The notes beneath the pieces are model-generated. The model made no database searches. It saw nothing but the letters and a program-made list of their open reading frames with translations, and had not been told where the DNA came from. Below are positions 1 to 12,401 of a stretch of DNA of 35,278 nt, in pieces (positions within the stretch are counted from its first letter, which is position 1; every line of letters begins with the position of its first letter). The stretch lies in NCBI GenBank assembly GCA_046263035.1, contig JBHELP010000203.1, positions 1 through 35,278 on the forward strand, in the 5' to 3' direction. The position numbers were made by a program, and so were the translations under genes. The stretch is from Candidatus Dormibacteria bacterium (lineage in GTDB: Bacteria > Chloroflexota > Dormibacteria > Aeolococcales > Aeolococcaceae).

Positions 1-297
1 TAACCCATGAGACCGTCATTGCGTCCCTCGGGAGGCAACTTGACGCCGTCGGTCCGCCCGTGCCGAGGGAGTTTGAAGGCATAATCTCGGCGACCAGTTT
101 CCACATCGCAGAGGCGGCTACAACGACAGTGGCTGCTCGCCGCGGGCATGACCCGCCGGACTCGGTCGATATGCTTCTCGGTCTGTTATCCCTCTCGGAG
201 GGCCCGTCGGGGCTCCTCTTGGCAGATTGGGACCAGCGAATCGGCCGTCTCCCGCGCGCTCGCCGAGACCGGTGTTCGTGACGCTGAGCGCATCGCC

Positions 298-969
298 ATG
301 GCGATCCCGAATCCACTCATCGTTGCAGCTGAGAACGAGGCAGTCCGTCGAGGGTATGGCTACATCGGTGGGCATGAGGTGCTCCTGGCGCTGTTGTCGG
401 GATCGCCTGACGATCTTGCGCAGCGCGCACTGAACAGCGTCGGCATCACCTACCAGCCCTACTCCGACCGCTTCGACGAGTTCCTGGCGACGTGCTATCC
501 ACCGAGCAGGCCTCCCGATCCCAATGTCACCGTGGCGAAACCAAACTCGGCCACCCGCCAGCTCTTTGGACGAGCCGAGGGTTTTGCCGCGAGGTCGGGC
601 GTTGAAAGTGTTCGTTCGGAGCACGGATTGCTCGCATGGCTGTGGGAGCCCGGAGGAAATTCCGTCGTCGAATTGGAGCAGCTGTCGACGTCTGCAGAGC
701 ACCTGCTGGAGGCGCTGAGCGCCCTTGGGGTGAATCCACCGCCGCTCGAACTTCCCCAGCCCGACCGGACTCCGCGGGGGGAAATGGTTTTCCTGCCCCC
801 GGAACGCCTATCGGATGTCATCGCCGAGTTGCAAAAGCTGCAGCTCCCGCCGGGTAGCTGGGGCTTCAACACCTACCAGGATCGCGCTTGGGTTAGAGGA
901 TATGCCCACATCGACCTGCAGGCAGTCGTCGACCGTGTGCTGGCAACGGCATCGGCGCCGGCACCCTGA
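298..969 (+). CDS. Clp_N (Clp amino-terminal) repeat domain protein
   Basis: The ORF is 148..969; I prefer ATG 298 (MAIPNPL...). It has two Clp_N-type repeats (AAENEAVRRGYGYIGGHEVLLALLSG and GRAEGFAARSGVESVRSEHGLLAWLWE) followed by a ~100-aa C-terminal region. A further Clp_N-like repeat lies upstream in a different frame (see finding). Confidence 0.6.
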   Translation: MAIPNPLIVAAENEAVRRGYGYIGGHEVLLALLSGSPDDLAQRALNSVGITYQPYSDRFDEFLATCYPPSRPPDPNVTVAKPNSATRQLFGRAEGFAARSGVESVRSEHGLLAWLWEPGGNSVVELEQLSTSAEHLLEALSALGVNPPPLELPQPDRTPRGEMVFLPPERLSDVIAELQKLQLPPGSWGFNTYQDRAWVRGYAHIDLQAVVDRVLATASAPAP

Positions 970-994
970 CTCGCGGCTGTGATGACTTTGAAAA

Positions 995-1070
995 TGGCGC
1001 CCCTTGCAGGACTCGAACCTGCGACCTGCCGCTTAGAAGGCGGTTGCTCTGTCCGCTGAGCTAAAGGGGC
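995..1070 (-). tRNA. tRNA-Arg (anticodon TCT)
   Basis: The reverse complement reads GCCCCTT-TA-GCTC..GAGC-A-ACCGC-CTTCTAA-GCGGC-AGGTC-GCAGG-TTCGAGT-CCTGC-AAGGGGC-G-CCA. This is a clean 76-nt cloverleaf with anticodon TCT and an encoded CCA. Confidence 0.93.
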
Positions 1071-1173
1071 CGGAACCCCTGACTCTAGTCCCGTGGCCGA
1101 GTGTCGCCGAGGGGTGGTGCGGCAGCGGCGGCACATCACCGGCCGCCAATCGCTGATAATCACACCTCTCCGA

Positions 1174-1251
1174 GGTGGCCATAGCTCAGCCAGGTAGAGC
1201 GCCAGGTTGTGGCCCTGGAGGTCGCGGGTTCGAGCCCCGCTGGCCACCCCA
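1174..1251 (+). tRNA. tRNA-His (anticodon GTG) with encoded G-1
   Basis: It reads G(-1)-GTGGCCA-TA-GCTC..GAGC-G-CCAGG-TTGTGGC-CCTGG-AGGTC-GCGGG-TTCGAGC-CCCGC-TGGCCAC-C-CCA. The extra 5' G pairs with discriminator C, which is the His identity feature. Confidence 0.93.
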
Positions 1252-1256
1252 CCGTT

Positions 1257-1287
1257 CGACCCCGTGCGCCCCGCGGTGCAGGGGTCG
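1257..1287. terminator. GC-rich hairpin between convergent tRNA-His and M23 peptidase gene
   Basis: CGACCCC (1257-1263) pairs with GGGGTCG (1281-1287) around a 17-nt GC-rich loop. There is no clear U tract, so it is only a candidate bidirectional terminator. Confidence 0.35.
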
Positions 1288-1292
1288 AGGCG

Positions 1293-3233
1293 CTACTTGC
1301 GGATCTGTCCCGACAGGTATGGCTGGGGGTCGACGATGCCGCCGCTCAACCTCGTCTCGAAGTGGACGTGGGGACCGGTGGAGTTTCCCGTCGAGCCCTC
1401 GAGGCCGATGGCGTCCCCCTGGTGCACCGTTTGCCCCGGTTTGACGGCGATGGTGTCCAGGTGTCCGTACACCGTGGTCAGGCCCCCGGCATGGGCGATG
1501 GCCACGTAGTTGCCGTAGCCCACCAGGCGCCCCTGCTCGTCAACGCTGGCGGTGGCAAGGATGACCCGGCCGTCCGCCGCCGCATGAACCGGCGTGTCCA
1601 GCGGGGCGGCGATGTCCAGGCCGGTGTGAAAGTGCGGATAGAAGATCCCGTTGTGGGTGGCGGGAGCCTCGAAGGGTAGATCGTTGGGTCCGAAACCAAG
1701 GGTGAGCGCACCTCCCAGGGGAGTGATAAGAGTGGGCCGGCCTGCGGCCTTCAGCAGCTTCGACGCCGGCGGGGGGCCCTGTGCCTGTGAGAGGCTCTCA
1801 GCGGCTTTGATCGCGTTCTCCTGCGAGAGCTGCGACTCGACGACCGAGAGGTTGAAGGCGACCGCAGCTCTGGCCTCCGGAGGGCCGGAGGCCGCGGCGG
1901 CGAGCAGCTCGACCCGCTGCGCCGGGTCCGCGGCCGCGGCGGCGAACAGCTGGTACTCGCTCTCCAGCGCCCTCTGATACGCCACCAGCGCGCTCTGATG
2001 ATCACCGACAACGCGTGCAAGGTCGGCCGTGGCTCCGGGGGAGGGGGCGGCGAGGGCGGTCGGAGCCGGCGACGGGCTGGGTGGCATGGGCGTGGTGGTG
2101 GGCGAACTGACGCCGGGGCTGGGGCTCGTGCTGGTCGGGGTCGCCGGGGCGGCCCCCGGGGCGGCCCCCGGGGACCCGGGGACGGCTGCTGCTCGTGGAT
2201 CGCCAAGGCGCTGGGTGAGGGTGGCGACCCGCGCTTCCTGGCGGGCCAGCTCCTGCTGGTGGGTGTCCAGATTCTGCTCGATGCTGACCAACCGGGCCCA
2301 CGTCGAGGAGGCGGACGACGCCGGAGCGTGCAGGCGCGTGACGAAGAGCGTCTGGACACTGGGGACCCGGGCTGATGCAACTGGTGGGACGCGGGCTGCC
2401 TGGATGAGATCTCCGGCGGCACGAACGCCGGTCACCAGGAAGACTCCGACGGGGGCTGCGAGCGAGACCAGAGCCAGCCGCGCCGTCCACAGTCGAGCCG
2501 CGCGCAGGTCGACGAAGCGGTGCATGAGGCTTCGGGCGGCCGTCGGCACGGCGCTCGGCGAGCTCATTGCCTCCTCGGGCCGCCGGCGCCTGCGCCGAAG
2601 TACCAGCCCTGCGCCCACGAGTGCAAGGGCCGCGCCACCACCGCTTATGTATGGCACCAGGCTTGTGGCGCGGGCCGCCACGGAAGCCCCACCGCCGGCT
2701 GCCCTTTCGGAGGCATGCTTGATCAGGAAATGGCGCAGGAAGGGCCGGTCGGCGGTGGCCGGGTGCTCGATGATGGCGCTGACCTGTCCGGCCAGCACTG
2801 GGTCATCGACGATTCCCAGGATCGCCAGACGAGCGGCCGCAACCGCCGCCGTGGGCGGCGGTGAGGGAGCGCCGGGTGCCTTGGCTGCCTCCGGAGGTGC
2901 GCCTGACGGCCCAATGGTGGCGGGAGCCGGGGCACCGGGTGGCGGTTGGCCGGCGGCCACCGCCGGCGCGGGACCGCTCGAGGGTGCAGCCGTCGGCGTG
3001 GGGTTTGCTGCGGCGGTGGGTTTGGCAGTGGGGGGCGGAGTCGATGGGGGAGCAGTGGGCGGAGGGGTCGGTGTGGGCGTGGGGCAGGGGATCAGTGGGT
3101 TGCAGGGCAGCTGCGCGTGTCCCGTCAGCGCACCGGAGAGGGGTAGGACGCAGGCGATTGCCCACACCGCCACCGCTCCGGCGGCCCTGGCGGGGCGTGC
3201 CGAATTACCTCTCCACATACGTCCCCTTCTCAT
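1293..3233 (-). CDS. membrane-anchored coiled-coil M23 (LytM) metallopeptidase, paralogue 1
   Basis: The ORF runs to ATG 3287. I prefer ATG 3233 (MRRGRMWRG..), which has GGAG 9 nt upstream and is followed directly by a signal-like helix. The C-terminus carries M23 motifs HTGLDIAAP, GYGNYVAIAH and GSTGNSTGPHVHFE. Confidence 0.85.
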   Translation of the reverse strand: MRRGRMWRGNSARPARAAGAVAVWAIACVLPLSGALTGHAQLPCNPLIPCPTPTPTPPPTAPPSTPPPTAKPTAAANPTPTAAPSSGPAPAVAAGQPPPGAPAPATIGPSGAPPEAAKAPGAPSPPPTAAVAAARLAILGIVDDPVLAGQVSAIIEHPATADRPFLRHFLIKHASERAAGGGASVAARATSLVPYISGGGAALALVGAGLVLRRRRRRPEEAMSSPSAVPTAARSLMHRFVDLRAARLWTARLALVSLAAPVGVFLVTGVRAAGDLIQAARVPPVASARVPSVQTLFVTRLHAPASSASSTWARLVSIEQNLDTHQQELARQEARVATLTQRLGDPRAAAVPGSPGAAPGAAPATPTSTSPSPGVSSPTTTPMPPSPSPAPTALAAPSPGATADLARVVGDHQSALVAYQRALESEYQLFAAAAADPAQRVELLAAAASGPPEARAAVAFNLSVVESQLSQENAIKAAESLSQAQGPPPASKLLKAAGRPTLITPLGGALTLGFGPNDLPFEAPATHNGIFYPHFHTGLDIAAPLDTPVHAAADGRVILATASVDEQGRLVGYGNYVAIAHAGGLTTVYGHLDTIAVKPGQTVHQGDAIGLEGSTGNSTGPHVHFETRLSGGIVDPQPYLSGQIRK

Positions 3234-3310
3234 GATGTCCGACTCCATGGTAGGGGACGATCGCCCTCTGGAGTCACCGGTGCGCATCCGGTGACGGCGG
3301 CGTCACGCTC

Positions 3311-5152
3311 CTATCGGAGGTGGAGAACGCCTCTCAGATAGGGGGCGGGATCCACGGCCGACCCGTTCACCCTGGTCTCGAAGTGGAGGTGGGGACCGGT
3401 CGAGTTGCCGGTGGAGCCCTCATGGCCGATCACGGCCCCCTGCTCGACGGTCTGCCCTGGCTTGACGTTGATGCTGTCCAGGTGGCCATACACCGTGGTG
3501 AACCCGTTGCCGTGCGAGATGGCCACGTAGCGACCGTAGCCCACGAGCTGGCCTCCATCTCCGACGCTTGCCGCTGCCAGGATCACCCTGCCCCCCGCCG
3601 CGGCATGCACTGGAGTGCCCTCCGGCGCGGAGATGTCGATGCCGGTGTGGAAATGCTCGAAGAAGCGGCCGTTGCGGCTCACCGGCGGCTCAAAGGATAG
3701 CGAGGTGGGTCCGAAGCCCTGCTCGATGGCTCCGCCCATTGGCGAGATCAGCGTGGGACGGCCGACTGAGCGCAGCAGGGAGGTGATCGGGTCGGTGCGG
3801 GGCGCGGCGGCCTCGGCCGCGGCCAGGGCCGCCTCCTGGTTCTTCTGCGCCTCGACCACATCGAGGTCGTACTTCACCGCCGGCGCCGCATCCGGGTGGC
3901 CGGACGCCGCAGCCACCGCCACCAGATTGTGGCGAACGGGGGGGCTCTGAACCGCCCCCTGGAAGAACTCGTACTCGGACTGCAGCAGCTTGTCATAGAC
4001 CGCGACGGCGACCTCATGCGCGCTCACCAGCTGCTGCAGCTGGGCCTGCAGCTGGGGTGCCCGAGGTGAGTTGGGAGGTTCGGACTGGAGGGCGCCGCTC
4101 AGCCGGCTCACGCCGGCCTCCTGGGCGGTGAGATCGTTGCGCTGCTTCTCGAGGTTCTGCTCGATGGTCACAAGCTGGCTCCAGTCCGCCGACAGGGCCG
4201 CCTGGGTGATGCCCGCGGTCAGGGCGCCGGCATTGACCACCGGCGCCTGGGTGGGGAGGGGTGCTCCACGGTGGCCGAAGCTGCCCACCCTGGATGCCGG
4301 GACAGGTGAGGAAGAGGAACGGTTTGACACGGACACCGCAAACCCGGCGACGATAACGGTGGCGGGCACCAGCACACCTACCACGGTCATAAGGCGGCTG
4401 CGCGATTGCAGGCGCGGTCGGGCGATGACCGAGGGGCGACGCCCCCACCAGGCCGGCGCAGACAGCTGTGGCAAGCGTCGACGGGCGACCGGCGTTCGCG
4501 CTGGTGGCTCGGCTCCCGCCGGCGCCGCAGCGGCCCGCAGGACAAGCCGCCGAAGGCGCACCGGGAGGCACGCGCGGAGCAACGACAGATGACCTGCAAG
4601 GGCACCGGCGCCGCCGAGGCGGAGGACGCGGCGGCTGGTGCCCCGGATATACAGAAGCGCCCCGAGCAGACCGCCGACAAGCAGGGCCATCGTCACCAGG
4701 GCGGCGACCGACGAGCGGGACGTGCCGCCGCTGGCGGTGGGCTTGGCGGTGGCGTGGGTGGCGGCCGTGGGCATGGCCTTGAAATGAAGGAGCGACGGCC
4801 GTTCGGCTGCCACGGGATGCTGGAGAACCTCGGTGACCTTCCTGGACAGCGCGGGGTCGTCGATGACGCCCGTGACCCCGAGGGCGCCGCGAGCGACCGG
4901 TTTCGGACTGGGTGTGGGTGAGGCTGTTGGGGGGGTGGGCTTGGCCGCGGTGGTGGTCCCTGGCGGTGGCTTGGCGCCCGGTGCCGCCGTTGGCGGGGGG
5001 GCGGCCGTGCACAGCGGGGGGGCCACCAGGGGCGCACATGGTATGGGCAGATCCGCTGCCCGCGGTGTGGACGTGGCGGCGAGCGCAAGCCCCGATGCCA
5101 GCACGATGCCGGCCACCGCCACCGACCCCCTCGGCCTGGCGGCGCGCCTCAA
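3311..5152 (-). CDS. membrane-anchored coiled-coil M23 (LytM) metallopeptidase, paralogue 2
   Basis: It has the same architecture as the neighbouring gene, with motifs HTGIDISAP, GYGRYVAISH and GSTGNSTGPHLHFE. The start is TTG at 5152 with GGGGGGAA about 8 nt upstream, and the N-terminus is signal-like (MRRAARPRGSVAVAGIVLASGLALAA). Confidence 0.85.
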   Translation of the reverse strand: MRRAARPRGSVAVAGIVLASGLALAATSTPRAADLPIPCAPLVAPPLCTAAPPPTAAPGAKPPPGTTTAAKPTPPTASPTPSPKPVARGALGVTGVIDDPALSRKVTEVLQHPVAAERPSLLHFKAMPTAATHATAKPTASGGTSRSSVAALVTMALLVGGLLGALLYIRGTSRRVLRLGGAGALAGHLSLLRACLPVRLRRLVLRAAAAPAGAEPPARTPVARRRLPQLSAPAWWGRRPSVIARPRLQSRSRLMTVVGVLVPATVIVAGFAVSVSNRSSSSPVPASRVGSFGHRGAPLPTQAPVVNAGALTAGITQAALSADWSQLVTIEQNLEKQRNDLTAQEAGVSRLSGALQSEPPNSPRAPQLQAQLQQLVSAHEVAVAVYDKLLQSEYEFFQGAVQSPPVRHNLVAVAAASGHPDAAPAVKYDLDVVEAQKNQEAALAAAEAAAPRTDPITSLLRSVGRPTLISPMGGAIEQGFGPTSLSFEPPVSRNGRFFEHFHTGIDISAPEGTPVHAAAGGRVILAAASVGDGGQLVGYGRYVAISHGNGFTTVYGHLDSINVKPGQTVEQGAVIGHEGSTGNSTGPHLHFETRVNGSAVDPAPYLRGVLHLR

Positions 5153-5250
5153 ATAGGTTTCCCCCCGATCATCTGTGTGCTCTCCGGTTGTACGCCTCCG
5201 GCCCTCCTGCGGGGAGGGGAGGGGGCGGCAAACGTGCGAACGTCGGGCCG

Positions 5251-5282
5251 ATCCTACCAGCCCCCGGCGCCCCTTGTGTCAA
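5251..5282 (-). promoter_or_regulatory. candidate promoter for the M23 peptidase pair
   Basis: The minus strand reads TTGACA (5282-5277) then a 20-nt spacer then TGG-TAGGAT (5256-5251), an extended -10-like element. The spacer is longer than canonical. Confidence 0.3.
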
Positions 5283-5333
5283 GCGGCGCAGGGATGTCAC
5301 ATGGCGAAGGCTCACGAGTCCCATCGCGCGGCC

Positions 5334-6766
5334 TCAGCGGAGCCGGGTGCCACCCATGAGGATCTCATCACAGCCGCGAGCGGCGTTGCGTCCCTCGGCA
5401 ATCGCCCAGACGATGAGCGATGCTCCGCGGTGCGCATCGCCGGCAGCGAAGACCCCGGGCACCGAGGTCTGGAAGTGTTCGTCGACAGCGACGTTGCCGC
5501 GGCCGTCCAGGGTGGCCCCGAGCTCTTCGAGCAGCCCGGTGTGCACCGGATGGACGAAGCCCATGGCCAGCAGCACGAGGTCCGCCTCGACGGTGAACGC
5601 AGTGCCGGGTACCTCCACCAGCCCCCGCCGACCGTCCACCGTGCGCGGCTCCACGCGGACGCCGTGAAGCCGCTCCACGTGGCCATCGTGACCACTGAAC
5701 CGGACGGTCTGGATGCTGTAATCGCGAGAGCCGCCCTCCTCGTGCGCCGAGGATGTGCGCATCACCAGGGGCCAGCTCGGCCAGGGGTTGCCGAAGGGGC
5801 GCTCATCGGGAGGCCGGGGCATGAGCTCGTACTGCTCCACGGACCGGCAGCGCTCGCGAAGGACGTTGCCCAGGCAATCAGCGCCGGTGTCCCCGCCACC
5901 CAGGATGATCACGCGCCTGTGCCGGGCGGTGATCTCATCGGCGCCGGGAATGTCCTCGCCGGCAACACGGCGGTTCTGCTGCGAGAGGTAGTCCATGGCG
6001 AGATGGATCCCCTGGAGCTGCCGTCCGGGAACGTCCAGCTCACGCGGCTGACCCGCGCCGATGGCAATGATAAGGGCGTCGTGGCTGCCGCGCAGATCGT
6101 CGAGGGCGACGTCGACGCCCACCTCGCACCCCGTCTCGAATAGCACCCCCTCGGCCCGCATGAGCTCCAGGCGCCGATCAACCAGCCATTTCTCGATCTT
6201 GAAATCCGGTATTCCATAACGGAGGAGGCCGCCAATCCGGTCCGATCTCTCGAGGACGGTGACCGTGTGTCCGGCGGAATTGAGTTGCTGCGCGGCGGCC
6301 AGGCCCGCCGGCCCGGAACCGATGACGGCGATCCGGCGGCCGGTGCGATGCGCAGGGGGCTGGGGCGTCACCCATCCCTCGGCAAAGGCCCGGTCGGCAA
6401 TTGACTGCTCGATGCGCTTGATGGTCACCGGCTCGTCGTTGATCGAGAGGACGCAGGCCGGCTCGCAGGGCGCAGGACACAGCCGTCCCGTGAACTCCGG
6501 GAAATTGTTGGTCAGATGGAGGCGATCGATCGCGCCCCGCCAGTCGTCCCGGTAGACGAGATCGTTCCACTCCGGTATGAGGTTGCCGAGCGGGCAGCCG
6601 CTGTGGCAGAACGGCACACCGCAGTCCATGCAGCGGGCACCCTGGTCCCGAACCGCCACCGGTGCGTCGGGGAGATACACCTCGCGGTAATCGCCCACGC
6701 GCTCATCGATGGGTCGCCGGGGCTGCGCCTGGCGGTGGATCCTGACGAAGCCTCCCAGCTCCCCCA

Positions 6767-6767
<1 letters not shown>
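5334..6767 (-). CDS. gltD: glutamate synthase (NADPH) small subunit
   Basis: It shows the GltD hallmarks RCMDCGVPFCHSGCPLGN, RLCPAPCEPAC and VIGSGPAGLAAA, with a C-terminal FAAGD. The start ATG shares one nt with the gltB stop (TGATG at 6765-6769). Confidence 0.93.
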
Positions 6768-11308
<4,541 letters not shown>

Positions 11309-11394
11309 TGTGGTGATGGTGAAGGGCGCTCGGATCCGGGACCAGCCCCTGTATAGCCCCCCGGCCGGTTCCCCCGGGGACACCAACTGGACAG

Positions 11395-11411
11395 CTAACA
11401 CTACCGAAAAC
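11395..11411. promoter_or_regulatory. GlnR-box-like element upstream of gltB
   Basis: The plus strand reads cTAAC-actacc-GAAAAC. This resembles the actinobacterial GlnR a-site/b-site pattern gTnAc-n6-GaAAc and lies about 90 nt upstream of ATG 11308. Confidence 0.25.
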
Positions 11412-11503
11412 CGGTCTCGGCAGCGCACCGTGGCCTCCGCCAGGGGCTACCATGCCGCCCGACGCCCACCACCGATGCACCGCCCACGCCACCCCGGCCC
11501 GCG

Positions 11504-11637
11504 CCGGCGCCACTTCGGGAGACCTCGCGCATGGCTCAGAACCCGCCCCCGGTGGCTGCTGAGCCGCCCGCCGGCGCCACCTCGGGAGACCTCGCGCAGC
11601 GCTCAAACCTCGCCGCCCATGTCCGCTGAGCCGTCCG
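11504..11637. repeat. imperfect 67-bp tandem duplication (2 units)
   Basis: Unit 1 is 11504-11570 and unit 2 is 11571-11637. I hand-aligned 55 of 67 identical positions without gaps, and the first 28 nt differ at one base (ccggcgccacYtcgggagacctcgcgca). Confidence 0.8.
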
Positions 11638-12401
11638 CGGGCCGCCGTACCGCGCCCGTGCGGCCGCCCGGTCGGCAACGGGCATCCCTACGGCCGCCGG
11701 GTCGGCTGCGACCCTGGTGGCTGTCACCCCTCAGCGTCCTGGTGGCGCTCGGTGGCTTCGGTCTCTACGGTGTCTGGACGGCTCTCGTCGCCGGCCGCTC
11801 GGAGTTCGGACCCTACCTGTCACCCTTTTTCTCGCCCCGGCTGGGCGGCATGGGCAGCGTCTCACCCGCCCTGTGGATCCTGCCCATCCCGCTGCTCTTC
11901 CGCACCAGCTGCTACCACTACCGCAAGGCCTACCACCGATCGTTCTTCGGCCATCCGCTGGCCTGCGGCCGTCCGGAGGGGCGGCGGCGGAGCTACCGTG
12001 GCGAGACGCGACTCCCGCTGTCCCTCAACAACCTTCATCGCCTGGCCCTTTATCTGTCACTTATCGTGCTCGCCTTCCTCTGGGTGGATGCACTGGAGTC
12101 GTTCTCCAGCGGAGGCCGTGCCCGTGTGGGGCTTGGATCCCTTCTGATGCTTCTCAATGTCATCCTGCTCAGCGGCTACACCCTGGGATGCCACTCCCTG
12201 CGCCACCTGGCCGGTGGCGGCCTGGACTGCTATTCCCGTGCCCGTTGCGGGACCGCTCGGCGCGGCGCCTGGCGGGGGGTCACTGCGCTCACCGCCCGGC
12301 ATGGGGTGTGGGCCTGGTCCAGCCTTGCCGGCGTTGTGGCCGTGGATGTCTACATCCGCGCTCTCCAGCATGGTCTGGTCGACGCCCACATCGGCGGCTG
12401 A
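11619..12401 (+). CDS. sdhC: succinate dehydrogenase/fumarate reductase membrane anchor (about 5 TM)
   Basis: This is the in-frame ATG 11619 of ORF 11181..12401. It has about five hydrophobic helices and sits first in a C-A-B gene order. Its stop overlaps the flavoprotein start (TGATG at 12399-12403). The family call rests on context and size. Confidence 0.6.
   Translation: MSAEPSAGRRTAPVRPPGRQRASLRPPGRLRPWWLSPLSVLVALGGFGLYGVWTALVAGRSEFGPYLSPFFSPRLGGMGSVSPALWILPIPLLFRTSCYHYRKAYHRSFFGHPLACGRPEGRRRSYRGETRLPLSLNNLHRLALYLSLIVLAFLWVDALESFSSGGRARVGLGSLLMLLNVILLSGYTLGCHSLRHLAGGGLDCYSRARCGTARRGAWRGVTALTARHGVWAWSSLAGVVAVDVYIRALQHGLVDAHIGG

Noticed and set aside
2090-2180. Short tandem nucleotide repeats (e.g. 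GGGGCGGCCCCCG x2) considered as a CRISPR-like or VNTR array
   Set aside because: They lie inside the coding Pro/Ala/Gly linker of the peptidase (PGAAPGAAP). There are only two units and no spacers.
2540-2640. Sortase/LPXTG-type sorting signal in the middle of the M23 proteins, which would imply two fused genes
   Set aside because: There is no LPXTG/LAXTG-like motif and no stop codon. The same continuous arrangement occurs in both paralogues, which argues for a genuine multi-pass topology.
2029-3294. 421-aa plus-strand ORF and other long frames over the M23 genes
   Set aside because: These are antisense or alternative frames of clearly coding peptidase genes. They have low-complexity Gly/Ala/Arg composition.
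5153-5333. Cyclic-di-AMP (ydaO-type) riboswitch upstream of the cell-wall hydrolases
   Set aside because: This was expected by analogy with actinobacterial hydrolase genes. I could not find the conserved ydaO core elements or its pseudo-symmetric helices by eye, and only a generic C-tract/G-tract pairing is visible.
11309-11428. gltB ORF extension to 11428
   Set aside because: It adds 40 non-conserved residues and would bury the candidate regulatory site. ATG 11308 leaves a normal pro-peptide before the catalytic Cys.
11717-12400. N-terminal 228-aa extension of the sdhA ORF
   Set aside because: It overlaps sdhC in another frame and is Pro/Arg-rich. The conserved FAD fold starts right after ATG 12401, which overlaps the sdhC stop.
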